From Eledone cirrhosa (Eukaryota), in the NCBI GenBank assembly GCA_964016885.1, contig OZ024744.1, positions 73,904,001 to 73,968,000 on the forward strand: 64,000 nt of DNA. The letters are read 5' to 3'. Positions 1-11,989 of this stretch are shown one piece after another (position 1 is the first letter of the stretch; each line of letters begins with the position of its first letter). The notes under the pieces were generated by a model. The model ran no database searches, had not been told where the DNA came from, and worked only from the letters and a program-made list of their open reading frames with translations. Position numbers and translations under genes: made by a program.

Positions 1-94
1 ACTGCCCTTAAACACGCTGTGACTTCTCCCTCCCACGTGTAGCTGGACAGTCAATTTTAAATTTCTCTTAGTGTTGTCTGAAATGTATAGCCTT

Positions 95-173
95 ACACAC
101 ACTGATGAACCGAGACTAGACCATTTTTTTAACAAATTTTTGGTGAAACATATCTTTGGATTTGTACGTGTGT
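95..173 (+). ncRNA. Type I hammerhead ribozyme motif with full-length stem III
   Basis: acacaca-CTGATGA(102-108)-accgaga...ttttggt-GAAA(145-148)-catatc tttg gatttg-TA-cgtgtgt. Stem II is 7 bp with G-U pairs, stem III 6/7 bp, stem I 6 bp with a mismatch next to the core. Confidence 0.6.
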
Positions 174-335
174 TATATAGTTATAGAGGTATTTATTTAC
201 GCTTTAATTTATATTTTTTATTATCGTGTCTATAGTCTGCCTTTCATAGGTTATAGATTCCATACACTGGTGGTATTTTCCCTGTATTATTGATAACGCA
301 CTATATATCTCTCTCTGGCGTGTTACCTTCTCAAC

Positions 336-372
<37 letters not shown>

Positions 373-875
373 GGTTGACAGAACTGGCAATGGTATCACT
401 GCTAGGACCGGTTGCATCTCATCGTACTCAACAGGTAATGGTAAACAAACTCCCAGAGTTTACACATAGTTATTCGCTTCAATACAACACACGTAAACTT
501 CAGTAATTCCCGAACTCGAGTTTCGGCCACACTTAAGGCAGCAGTAGGGTGCACTGCCCCCTCTGTCCGCATATATTATACAACACTGCATAATTGGCGC
601 ATGTGGCTTCATCAGCGGGTTTCGCCTCATCAATTACCAATCGATCGACAGAATTCTCCTCCAGTCCGTGTCGGCTATGACTGTTTGTGACGGCTAACAC
701 AGTAAAACGATTAACAACTGGAATCTCTACGCATCACAATGATTGGCTACCGATTTATAAATTTACGGGATGGCAGGAGACGAAAATTCAAATAGTTCCA
801 CTCCCACCATAAGCACTCAGCCAACGTATCTCAAACACAAATTAATAAGTTAGTGAAAATGAAAAATTGGTTATT

Positions 876-1046
876 ATCGGTAGGGGGTCGGACGCCATGC
901 TTTCCAGCATAGTTACGTCCCTTTACGATCTGAGTTCAAATCCCGCCGAGGTTGACTTTGCCCTTCATTCTTACGGGGTCGATAAAATAAAGTAGCAGTA
1001 ATGCACTGGGTAATTGCTGGCCTTGTGCCTAAAGTAGAAACAATTA
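876..1046 (+). mobile_element. tRNA-derived SINE, family S1
   Basis: B-box-like GAGTTCAAATCCC, then a conserved body 'ttcatccttacggggtcgataaaataaagtaccagt' (resembles the Meta-SINE domain, from memory). About 10 copies in the window. Confidence 0.8.
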
Positions 1047-1650
1047 AATTAAGAGTAAGATGATGTATGTAAATAAAATAAACACATCAAATAGTTACAT
1101 GGGATAATTTGTGAAGAGTGTAAACATTCATAAATACGGAGGTAACACATTACAAATTAACAAGAACGGTAAATATAGATACCTTTCAATAAAGAGTAAT
1201 CTCTTTTGTATATATTCTATTGAATATTGAAGAAATATATTTCACCATTAATCAGCGAATCATACATGTTAAATCTTGGATCATCGACAAAGGAGAAGAT
1301 TTAACCATCTATGATTACAGACTAGAAGCAAATCAGGGGATAACGGTGTCAGAGCACGTGTAATTTAAAAACACACCTCGCTTCGCCGTCAAGCCAGTGG
1401 TGTGAAAAGAGATATCGACAGCTAGAAATAACAGCCGAGTCGTTTCAACACAGGAGTTCTACTAATATACATAGGAGCTGTAACTATTTGATGTGTTTAT
1501 TTTATATAGATACGTCATCTTACTTTTAATTTAATTCTCGGATTTAAATACTCGGATTTACTACTTGGAATCTTAGAGCTTATTCCACAGGTGGTATGGT
1601 GCATGATTCTGATATTCTCAGACATGGCATCCTTAATTCTAATTTTGATT
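1044..1650. repeat. PLE pLTR-like fold-back, family E (inverted arms), with inserted SINE remnant
   Basis: 1044-1110 is inverted relative to 1480-1537. Both arms are homologous to 61590-62077. Ends in (TA)n. Confidence 0.55.
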
Positions 1651-1967
1651 ATATATATATACGTTATATATATATAGAGATTCCGAGTTAAATGAGGGAT
1701 AATGACAATAAATTAGGTACTTAATACATTAGTACAGCGGAAACATTAAATCCCACCGAAGTTAACTTTGCTTTTCATCATTACGGGGTCTATAAAATGA
1801 CGTACCAGTAATGTACTGGTTAATTGGTGGCTTTGTGCCAAAAGTAGAAACATTTATTAATATAGAAAAGGCTTCTACTGGACTATAACTATTTCATGCT
1901 ATAACTGGGCTTTCGTTTATACGAATGAAACACCTCTAGTCCAGTAGAAGCCATTTACGTAATAAAT

Positions 1968-2137
1968 AATTGCTTCTACTTTTGGCACAAGGCCGGCAAT
2001 TATCCCAGTGCATTACTGGTACTTTATTTTATCGATCCCGTAAGGATGAAAGGCAAAGTTAACCTCGACGGGATTTGAACTCAGACCGTAAAGGGACGTA
2101 ACTATGCTGGAAAGCATGGTGTCCGATCCTCTACCGA
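1968..2137 (-). mobile_element. SINE S1 copy
   Basis: Reverse complement of 876-1046. A partial + copy lies at 1748-1856. Confidence 0.8.
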
Positions 2138-2239
2138 AAATATGCTATATATACACACACACACACAGACACACACACACGCACACACACGCACACACAC
2201 ACACTTATATATATATATATATATATACATATGTTTGTG

Positions 2240-2594
2240 TGTGTTAAACGTCAACGAAAGACACAACAGACGATGAAATACAAAGAAAATATATATTAAT
2301 TCCACGATTAATATAGAAGGAAATGCCCTCACATTCGGACGTCAGTCCTTAATCAGAAAACAAAATGAGAAATTAAAAAAGAAATAGAAAAATAGGGGAG
2401 TGTGGCCAATGGAGAAACGAGAAAAATTTCTTCTAGAAAAAACAGGTCTGTTTATTTCGTGATACTTGGAAAACTGTTGATAGGAGCGTTTATGGTGTAG
2501 GAAATTCAGTTAACTGTTTTCTGAAAGCGTCTTATATCGTACTGAACGGAAAGAAGAACCCTTTTGCATCCAGAGTGGATATGCATGTGTGTAA

Positions 2595-2646
<52 letters not shown>

Positions 2647-2955
2647 ACTTGTGTGTGTGTGTGCGTGTGCGTGTGCGCGTGCATGAGTGTGTTTATGTTG
2701 TTTTGTTGTTTGTCTTTAATTATGTGGGTAAATAGAGAGAGAGAGAGGAGGAGGGGGAGAATGTGTCTGTGTGTGCATGCATGTTTCTTGTGTATGAGGT
2801 AGGTATTAGTGTGGCTAGGTGCATGGGAGCATCCGGGAGCGCATGTGCAAAGGTAAATATGGATTAAAGAAATGTCAGGAAGAGTTGATTCCTTTTGGCT
2901 AATTAGACCTAAGGCAGAAAATTAAGTTCTGCTCTCTCAAGGTGCGCGCGGACGA
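2240..2955 (-). mobile_element. Penelope-like element 3' remnant with degenerate HHR (family F terminus)
   Basis: Minus strand 2950-2885 translates RTLREQNLIFCLRSN*PKGIN, a typical PLE endonuclease C-terminus. The terminus is homologous to 26695-26830 and 45865-46000. Confidence 0.6.
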
Positions 2956-3371
2956 TATCTATTATCTATTTTTCATATTGTAATTTATTTATATCCCTTT
3001 ACTCTGCTCGCACACAAATAAACAGTTTAATTCGGAATATAAATTAATGTTTTCGTCTTTACAACTGTGTGGTGTCTTTTAGAAGATATGCCTGTCTTTT
3101 AAGTTTAGCAGATGTCTGTCGCGTCGGGCAACTATGCATTTATTTGACCTTAAAATATGACCTTAAACTTTTCATTGTTTATTTCAAAGAAATAGTAAAT
3201 ATAGAATATATAAAATATAAAGGTCTAAGAAGGTTATGCAATCATTTGAATCACTGAAACTGATGATTTGTAGTGTATTACTGGTAGCTATGCTATCACG
3301 GATAAGCACGGATGTACAACATATATATATGTATATATATATGTGTATATAAATATATATATTGCTTTATT

Positions 3372-3575
3372 AGAATAAGAGATTAAAGTTTAAGCAAAGA
3401 ATCGGTGCTTTCACCCTTAACGGGATCTTCTTAAGGGTGAAAGCAGCGATTCTTTGCTTAAACTTTAATCTGTTATTTTAATAAATATTTGCTCTAGGGT
3501 TCTTATATATTTGATATATATTTATCCTATTGAGCCCTCTTTGGATTTTAGTGTTCAAATTTATTATTATTACTA
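3372..3575. repeat. Fold-back pLTR-like element, family B, in (TA)n
   Basis: Palindrome 3381-3470 pivoting on ccttaacgggatcttcttaaggg. The tail is near-identical to 61248-61372. Confidence 0.7.
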
Positions 3576-3615
3576 TACATATATATATATATATATGTGT
3601 GTGTGTATATATATA

Positions 3616-3792
3616 CAGGTAAAATTCTGTTATAAAGAACACCATTATAACGAATTTTTCAGTACAACGATATTTCTTTTCAATTCCTTGCCACGCGCTC
3701 GATGTGGTAGGTCTATCTCGTTATAAAGAATTTTTCATCATAACGAATTATTTTTTATACTCCGTGAATTTTGTTATAACGGAATTTTACTG
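3616..3792. mobile_element. Tc1/mariner (pogo/Tigger-like) MITE
   Basis: TIRs CAG(G)TAAAATTCTGTTATAA / TTATAACGGAATTTTACTG, flanked by TA repeats. Isolated TIR ends also at 4183-4245. Confidence 0.65.
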
Positions 3793-3817
3793 TTATATAT
3801 ATATATATTTATTGCCA

Positions 3818-3880
<63 letters not shown>

Positions 3881-3881
<1 letters not shown>

Positions 3882-4061
3882 CGAACGAAGTGTGGTAAGG
3901 AACCAGGTGAACCATAATGCACCAGAGTACTCAATACTTAGGGTAGTAGAGTGGGTAATAGGAAATGTTCAAGACCGCGGCAGCAGAGCTCAAGCCGTTT
4001 CGACGGCTATTTCTGGACGTCGAAACGGCTTGAGCTCTGCCGTCGGGGTCTTGAACATTTT

Positions 4062-4066
<5 letters not shown>
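3881..4066. repeat. Fold-back pLTR-like element, family A, in (TA)n
   Basis: Arms 3958-4066 around gacggctatttctggacgtc. Contains an HHR 3' half, GAAA-cggc...gccg-TC. Copies at 23594-23635, 24455-24620, 25861-25981, 33087-33280. Confidence 0.75.
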
Positions 4067-4112
<46 letters not shown>

Positions 4113-4196
4113 CAATATATATATATATATATGGTAGCAATAAAATTGAAATCTCCACTCTGGAATGGAGAACCTTCCTATAATAACGGAATTTCA

Positions 4197-4230
<34 letters not shown>

Positions 4231-4240
4231 TGAAATTCCG

Positions 4241-4294
<54 letters not shown>

Positions 4295-4941
4295 ATATGA
4301 TATTTTCTGAAGAGAAGAGTTAATATATGAAGAATAAAAAGAAATATCCTTATATAGAAGAGAAAAAAAAAAAGATTTTTTTTCTCACCATTTTAGTTAC
4401 TTTTAACAACATTGCGCTATCTAATACAGCAGTGCCCTTGGATTCTCTGCGCTGTTCATCTTCCAAGCAAATAAATCTTGTTATCGTTCTCCAGCAGACC
4501 TTTTTTTTTTCTTCCGTTAATACTAATTGCAGCTGTGTAAAATAGATATTTATTTTTTCTGTTGAAACACGAGAAAAACATTGGAACGAATGGAAGATGT
4601 CTACTGAGTCAGTCAGTCAATCAGTATTTTTTTGAAACAATTATTATAATAACACGCATCAAAGTGTATAGATGGTGTTTACTATTAAAGAAAAGAAATG
4701 GTATCCAGTATCGATTAACAGCTGAATTCAATTTAGTGCTCTTATGTCCAATCGCTTCACTTTTTCCTGAAAATAGTTTGAACATAAATAAGTACATCTT
4801 TTTCTTCTCCTTCCTTCATCCTGTGAAAGAAAAGGAAGAAAAATGTTTGGTAGCAATAACATTGAAATCTCCACTCTGGAATGGAGAACCTTCCTATAAT
4901 AAATCTTGTTGGTGTAGAAGGTAAATAAATAAGTGCTTGTG

Positions 4942-5111
4942 CTTCTTCTTCTTCTTCTTCTTCTTCTTCTTCTTCTTCTTCTTCTTCTTCTTCTTCTTCT
5001 TCTTCTTCTTCTTCTTCTTCTTCTTCTTCTTCTTCTTCTTCTTCTTCTTCTTCTTCTTCTTCTTCTTCTTCTTCTTCTTCTTCTTCTTCTTCTTCTTCTT
5101 CTTCTTCTTCT
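4942..5111. repeat. (CTT)n microsatellite, about 57 units; probable (AAG)n tail of the adjacent LINE
   Basis: Uninterrupted trinucleotide tract abutting the LINE 3' end. Confidence 0.95.
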
Positions 5112-6480
5112 ACCTATTATACATGGAAGTGTTGTGGAAGCAGAGTCCCCAAACACACCTTCCAGTAAGTCAGTTTAGAAGCAACCGCCGCTAGATGTTT
5201 CATTTGAACCCCTAAGCGACACCAACTAAGTTCATGGGTGTGATTCAACTATCTTTTTCCTGGCCTACCTCTGAGCCTCCTGCCAGATGGGTATTCCCAT
5301 AAAATCTGTCCACCGATTCTTTAACAACCGAAGCAGAAGTTGTCTGGCTGATCAGCATCCACTCTGTTTCAACGTCTTTAGCTTGCTCAGATATTTCCTT
5401 TAATACGATGCAATAGTATCTGCGTATCTATACTTGACCTTATCTGTAAGCGCTTCCCATTTCATCCTGTAGGTCAAGCTGAACCTGCTAGTTTTGTAGG
5501 CTTCCTTGGATTTAAGCTCACTCAAGTTGCAGACCATTAGATGGCGATAAGTTAATAGCTCAGTCGTTCTCTTATCATAAACATCCAGCACAGAATCGAT
5601 GAAATCAGAGACAATAATAAAATCAATTATTGATATTTGTCCTAGATTTCCATTATACCATGCATACTTGTGGATATCTTTTTGCTGGAAGAAGGTGTTC
5701 ATAACACAGAGCCCATTACTAGAACAGAAGTCTAATTAGGCCTCCCAATTTTTATTTAGAAAGGGGTCTCCGTTTCTTCCAATCACTCCTTTCCATGTCA
5801 GATAGTCAATGTCAATATGCGTATTGAAGTCTTCTATTAGGATATATCACTAAATGTTAACTACATCTAAGCTATTTTGACTTCATGAAGAAAGGATTTG
5901 TAACAAACGCTCTATTTGTCATAAATTTACACCACATACAGATGCCTTTCTTTCAGTCATATTATAAATAGGAAAATCCTCCCACCCAAAGGGATCCAAT
6001 CTATAACACATTCTGTCAGCCAGGGGCTTGTGAGTATCCCCTCTCCTGCATGCACAAACCTTTCTGGTGTCACATCTGAATAGTCGAGTTTCCATTTTTC
6101 ATCCAAATCTACGGTACCAGAGCCATGGAACTTTGTTGAAGAAGCCCCTACTATATCTGGCCTCCTCCATTAGGTTACGGGTAGGGTTTCAATGTTCCAG
6201 TTGCCAATTACTAATATTTTCTCTCTCTGGGCCGTAGATAAATAGTTGACGTCTGATATCCTAACTAATTCGTAGTAATATATTTGTTTTCCTGAACTAA
6301 GGATCTTTGTCGCAGCCTTAGAATTATGGTTGACAGGAACCTGCCCACGCATCAAATATCTGTTTCCCCTGAGAACTTTAGGTCAACAGGCTCCCAATGA
6401 GCTAGCTTCGATGGCCACACTCGGTTTTCTATATTACCGTTTTCTGACATTCGCACTCATGATGAGGTTGGTGTTATAAG
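5112..6480 (-). mobile_element. Degenerate RTE-type LINE, internally deleted (APE endonuclease plus 3' end)
   Basis: IGNWNIETL and MNTFFQQKDIHKYAW..IDFIIVS are endonuclease motifs. An RG-RP-type C-terminal signature lies near 5250-5290. No RT is seen between them. 5' boundary approximate. Confidence 0.7.
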
Positions 6481-6765
6481 ATGCCTCCACCAGCACCACC
6501 ATTTGTTTATCGAGACACCAAGAATATGTACTTCATCATCGCTGCATAGTGAAGACGGAGGGGAGGGTAAAAGAAAAAGAAAAGAAAAAACACTCCTATA
6601 CCAGAAATTACAATACCCCCCCCCCCTCTAAACACAAACGTATTTGCGGCAAATCAAACTCTACCACCACCAAAACCACCACCAACACCACCACCACTAA
6701 CAACAACAACAAAAATAACCACAACTTCCTACAACAAAAAGAAAATTCAGACACGATGGACACAA

Positions 6766-6833
<68 letters not shown>

Positions 6834-7289
6834 GCACACACATACATACACACACATACACACACACATATATATATATACGCACAAACGCACACATACA
6901 CCAAACATCTTACTTGTGAAATCAAATGAAAAACTCATGCCCTTCATAGACCAAAACAAAAATATAGAAACGGGGGGGGGGGGGGGGACGAGATTCAGTA
7001 TCAGCAACGAGAAGGTGCCACAAAACAGAAATAATTAGAACACCACTAGAAAAATTCAACATTTTGAGGGAGAGCTTCTCTCATGACATCGGAACCCCAA
7101 AGGAGATCCAACCAGACATGAAGTTCAAACAACCTAAATTTCAACAGCAGCAAGAGGGGTCAATCTCCAAAGAAATATATTGCAATGTTTTTTTGGAAGA
7201 GCCCATAATTAGCCAGAAGGACGAATCAGCCAGAAGGACGAATCCGCTGCCCTGCCTTTACATGAATAAGGTAAGTGGTACTTTCCACT

Positions 7290-8970
7290 TTTTCCTTTTG
7301 AACGTTAAACATGGGCTTACTCAGAAGAGGCAGCATAAAGGCACATGATTGGGGTCGTCATAGAAGTAAGGCCACCTGCTCAATGACATCATGTCATTGT
7401 ATATAGATGTGGTGGCCATAAGTGAGACCAGAATTTCTGAGACACGAGCCTTCGCACTCATTTTCGGCAGCTGCAAGGTGTCCGCATCTTCAAGCCGTCT
7501 GGGCTCTAGGGTTTCAGATGCTGTGTTGTTTTGGAAAGGCTGGGATCTCACGGTACGGACCATTTTTCTGGATCCAGCGGGTAATCTTGTGATGCTGGAT
7601 GTAACCAGAAGTGGAGGGTATACACTCAGGCTATTGGCTCTCTACTTCCCTACAGGGACATGACGGCCTGAATTATTCAGGTCACAGTAGAACTTTCTAG
7701 GAACATCCAGCCCTTTAGTGCTACTGGACGACTGGAATGGTAACTTAGGGACAGTGCGGGAGTCTCGGATAGAGAAGGATAGTGCAAAATCTGTCGATTG
7801 GATGTCCCGATTGTTCCAATTTGGACATGGTCAAATCGCATCGGGTCATCCAGACCACATCTAGACAGGGTGTTCTGTATGAGAATAGATAAGGCTAGCA
7901 TAGGGTGCACACATAGGCGTGCTTGCCATCAGTGTTCTAATTGGGGAGGCGCAAATATACGCCATTCCGGACAGATCCATCCACGACATCCATATTATGA
8001 GATATATCATATAAAGTTTGGCTAAAGAACATGATATGGGTGGGGCCTTAATCAAGTTAGATCTATTAAAAGCTTTTGATAGGGTCGACCATCGGTACCA
8101 GGCGCCCCTTCTCAATCCTCAGGTTTTAGGTCTATCATTAAAGTATAGATCGCTACAATGCACAGAGACATCTACTCTGTGGATAAAGTGAATAGATACC
8201 ATTCGGAACTGTTGCACACCATGCGTTTGTTATCCCCAATGTTGTCCTTTCTCATCTCTATTGTATGATTTGTTTCTCGATCCATTACTGCACAAACTGG
8301 AGACGTTGAGGGAACATCCTGGGAGAATTATGTGGGAGATCTGTGTCAGAGTATGCCGACCTCCTCACCATAGTGGTGTCGATCAGTACACGTATTGAGA
8401 TGATCAGCATCGCTCTCGGTAATACGAAGCGATTATAGAAGCAACAATTAACCAGGAAAGGTGAGTGAGCCTGCGGCTCAACACGTGGAGAAGTGTCGTA
8501 GCGCGCTGGACAAATGGACAGGTTAAATAGATCGGGATCTGATTTTGTCCAGAACTCCAAATTGACAAAATATGGAACGAGGTAACAACGAGGGAGGCCA
8601 CTCGCATCCAAAATCAAACCGAGAGGAAGCTATCTCTGAAAAGTCGGGCCGAAGTGGCCAACTCGTCCACAGCGTTCATACTACCTGACCGTTGTAACTT
8701 ATCCTGGTTCACGTCACGTCTGAGTGAACTGGTGCGGTTGCACTTCCTCTTTTTTTATGGAAGGGACAGGTTCACTGATCAGGCGATCCATTCGCTATCA
8801 ACGCACACTGCGTGGAGGATTGGACATGGCGCGGCTGATAATGCGCAAACATGCGCTGAAGTAACGTCATTTCCAGCTTTACCACGATAGTGAACAGATG
8901 AGGTCACTGTTTGCTAGATGCAGTTTTCAACTCTTTGACAGAGCTGATGTCCTGGGTCAAGCATAGAGCA
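7290..8970 (+). mobile_element. Degenerate Tx1/L1-clade LINE ORF2 remnant
   Basis: Endonuclease motifs IDVVAISETR and DPAGNLVMLDV..LRLLALYFP. RT motifs GGALIKLDLLKAFDRVDH (8040-8095) and YAD (about 8352). Many stops and frameshifts. Confidence 0.75.
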
Positions 8971-9345
8971 TGTGAAAAAAGAAAAAAAGATATTTTTATA
9001 TATATCAATAGAGAAATTGCTTTCGCTGCCATTACATGCAGCCATTACAAACCCCATCTTCTGAAACACACACACACGCGCGATCAAACGACAAAGTTGC
9101 ACACTCAGGTACCACTAGCCCAACAAATACAAATACACTTACAAACACAAACGTAACAACGAAGGCGTTCCATAGACAAAAAAACACGCACAAGGCACTC
9201 GCACACATACAAACAAATATGATGCAACAAACACACACAGCCACCAACAAACATTCAAACATACACACGCACACCCGCTCATACACAAGGGTGACAATAA
9301 AAGCGTTCACATAGGGGAATAAATAACAACAGATACATTTACAAG

Positions 9346-9435
<90 letters not shown>

Positions 9436-9449
9436 ACACACACACACAC
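9346..9449. repeat. (CA)n microsatellite
   Basis: Long, nearly pure CA tract. Representative of many others (e.g. 6768, 16905, 18640, 22743, 25720, 34120, 34358). Confidence 0.95.
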
Positions 9450-11857
9450 AACGATCGCACGAAAATAGACACAAAACTTAGAGAGGTCCAACCAAGCGGC
9501 GAAGGGACATCGATACCATCGGTCGATCTGCTAGGCATAATAGACAGACTCCATCTAGGCACACTATTACGTCTTAAAGGTTTAAACGAAATATTTCTTA
9601 AAATTTCATACCGATTAAATATACTATCGAAGGGTGGTTTTTCTGCTAGCATGTGTAGTGTACATATTGATATTATACACAAATATATATGTTTGTATAT
9701 ATGATACGTCAAATAAAATCGTAATTGACAATATGCACAGACATTGAAGAGAGACTGTGTTACACTGTCTTCTGTAATCAGTAAAGTAATCCATGATACA
9801 TTTAATAAAGACGATATTACATATAAACTGCATTACGGTAATGAAAACGAAAAGGAAAAAATTAGCGACGGAAATATAAACGTTATGATATAACGATGCA
9901 AATATATGAACATTTATATAAGCAATATAATATAGCGTCCGTTATATCATAACCGGAAGAATTGACATTTAAAATTTTTAAAAGAAGTGAATCTTAAAAT
10001 AAGCAATCATTATATACAAGAATATTTATGTTTAATCAACATCTACGAAATTTAGTAGATAAATTATGTAATATTCATTTATTATTTATTCAAAGTAATC
10101 CAACTTATTTTACAAACGGGATAAAAATATATATTTAGGACACAGTCCCGCATTCCTCCCTTTATTATATTCTGATATTGTTCATTCTTTTTATACAATG
10201 ATTTGAAATACACTAACGTCTGGTCATATTTTCAATTCCGGGTCTCCCTCAAAAATGTATACACATTTCAACATAAAAAAATGCATTAAAATATTGTTTT
10301 TATATATACATTATTTAAATTATGACAGAAAAAAATTGGGGATTTACATACAATTGAATTATGTCTGTAGATCATTTTATTTTTGGGAAGGGCTGTGCAT
10401 TCTAATTAATATTGCCTGGTACAAGTAATCAAAGTGTATAGACATTTTTTGAGACATTCTGTATATTATAAGTACGTAATGATATTTTGTATCCAATAGA
10501 CAGAATTAAACAATAGCTTATTTTTAATACAAACATGATTACTTGCTCTGAATTGGAAGTATGGAAGAATATCTATGATATAGCCGAGAGAACAAATATA
10601 CGGATTTAAGCAGCTATTTATCTTATATACAATATTGAAATATTTTTTATTGACGGATTTGTTCTATTTTGTGGTTACTTTGCTCAGTGGTTAATAATTA
10701 GCTTGAGTCAGTAGCAGTTACAGACCAAACTTGTCAATAACGGCTCCATTACGTCATTTGTGTGGCTCACACACGTAGTGTTCAAGGCACTTGGCCACTC
10801 CAATGTGAGTGCATTCATCATCAAGAAGGATACTGGTTGATGAGGAGTTCACCGATTTGAGCCATGCACCGCTGTTTAACTGCAAAGCAGAACAGAGGCA
10901 GATGAGACGATGTTTATCTAAAGAAGACTCGATCTACCTGAAGGTTGATCTGCACTTCATGTCGCCCCAGTTGCGTTGGACATCTGCAGCAGATCATAGA
11001 TAAATCCGATAAAGCTGATTCTATGAGGTATTATATGCCACGAGTCATTCCTACTGAGAAACCTCTGGAGTTCACCTTCCCACGTCAACCATTGCCCCTG
11101 CTGGCTGTTGTATCGCCCTCCGGATTATTATGGCATCCTCTTCTGCTTTGACCTGTAAAGTCAGATCTCTTTTCATTTTTCTCTTGGCCTCCATTCCATG
11201 TTTGTAGCGCCCAGTCCCTGCCTATTGGCCTGAGTATGTATGTCCCATTATCTATAAGACTATACGGCTTTGGTTTCCTTCAACCACCACTCATGGACTT
11301 AAGGTTGGGTCGGATCAACGTGACAATCTTGATTTCTGGGTCCTGAGGCACGCTCAAGAGACTTGCTTTTCCAACTTTGTACTCCTTGACAATGTAACTT
11401 CAGTTTGGTTTGGTGACAATAGCGCAAAACCTCAGTGAGACCTGGTGGTGTATCTAGTCACCTCTTTATGTATTTGTTGGCTTTTGCCTCCATGGCCTCC
11501 ACGGTACTAGTGCTGATATCTTAGATCAGTAGAAGCTATGGACGCTTTGGGATCAATATGAACAACAAGCACCAAACCTTGTAATAGTCAGAGTTCACAT
11601 TGGCCCATTATTTACGGACTTTTCCCGCCATTTGTTCCCTTTTTCTCCTCTTTCTGGGAGTTGTCATCCTACATTTCAAGATTTGTGACAAGCTCAATGA
11701 AAATTATATGCGAAAAATATAATGTTCCAGAGCATACTCATACGATAATATTACGGAAAAAACAGTAAATATATTTTGATATTTTTCGCATCTAATTTGA
11801 TTGAGCTTTTCTGGAACAACGAAATTTATATGTTTTTATTTTGATATATTTATGCTT

Positions 11858-11984
11858 CGATAATTTCTCCCGAATGAAACAGTTCTAGTCCTGTAAAAGC
11901 CTTTTCTATATTAAATATTTATACTCTGCTTTGTATTGAGTACCTTACTTACTGTGGTTACCCCCGATTGAACCTGGGATAAAC
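11858..11984 (+). repeat. Family C pLTR-like element (degenerate HHR plus tail)
   Basis: tttctcccgaatGAAAcagttctagtcctgTA followed by the gagtaccttacttac tail shared with 19585-19746, 26374-26563 and 28835-29021. Confidence 0.65.
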
Positions 11985-11989
11985 TTATA

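Noticed and set aside
373-585. Possible solo LTR ending caaca, with a CTCF-like gagggggcag
   Set aside because: The left terminus is not a clean TG, and there is no TSD, second copy or internal domain.
4728-5194. Poly-Arg, poly-Leu and poly-Phe ORFs
   Set aside because: Frames of the (CTT)n tract.
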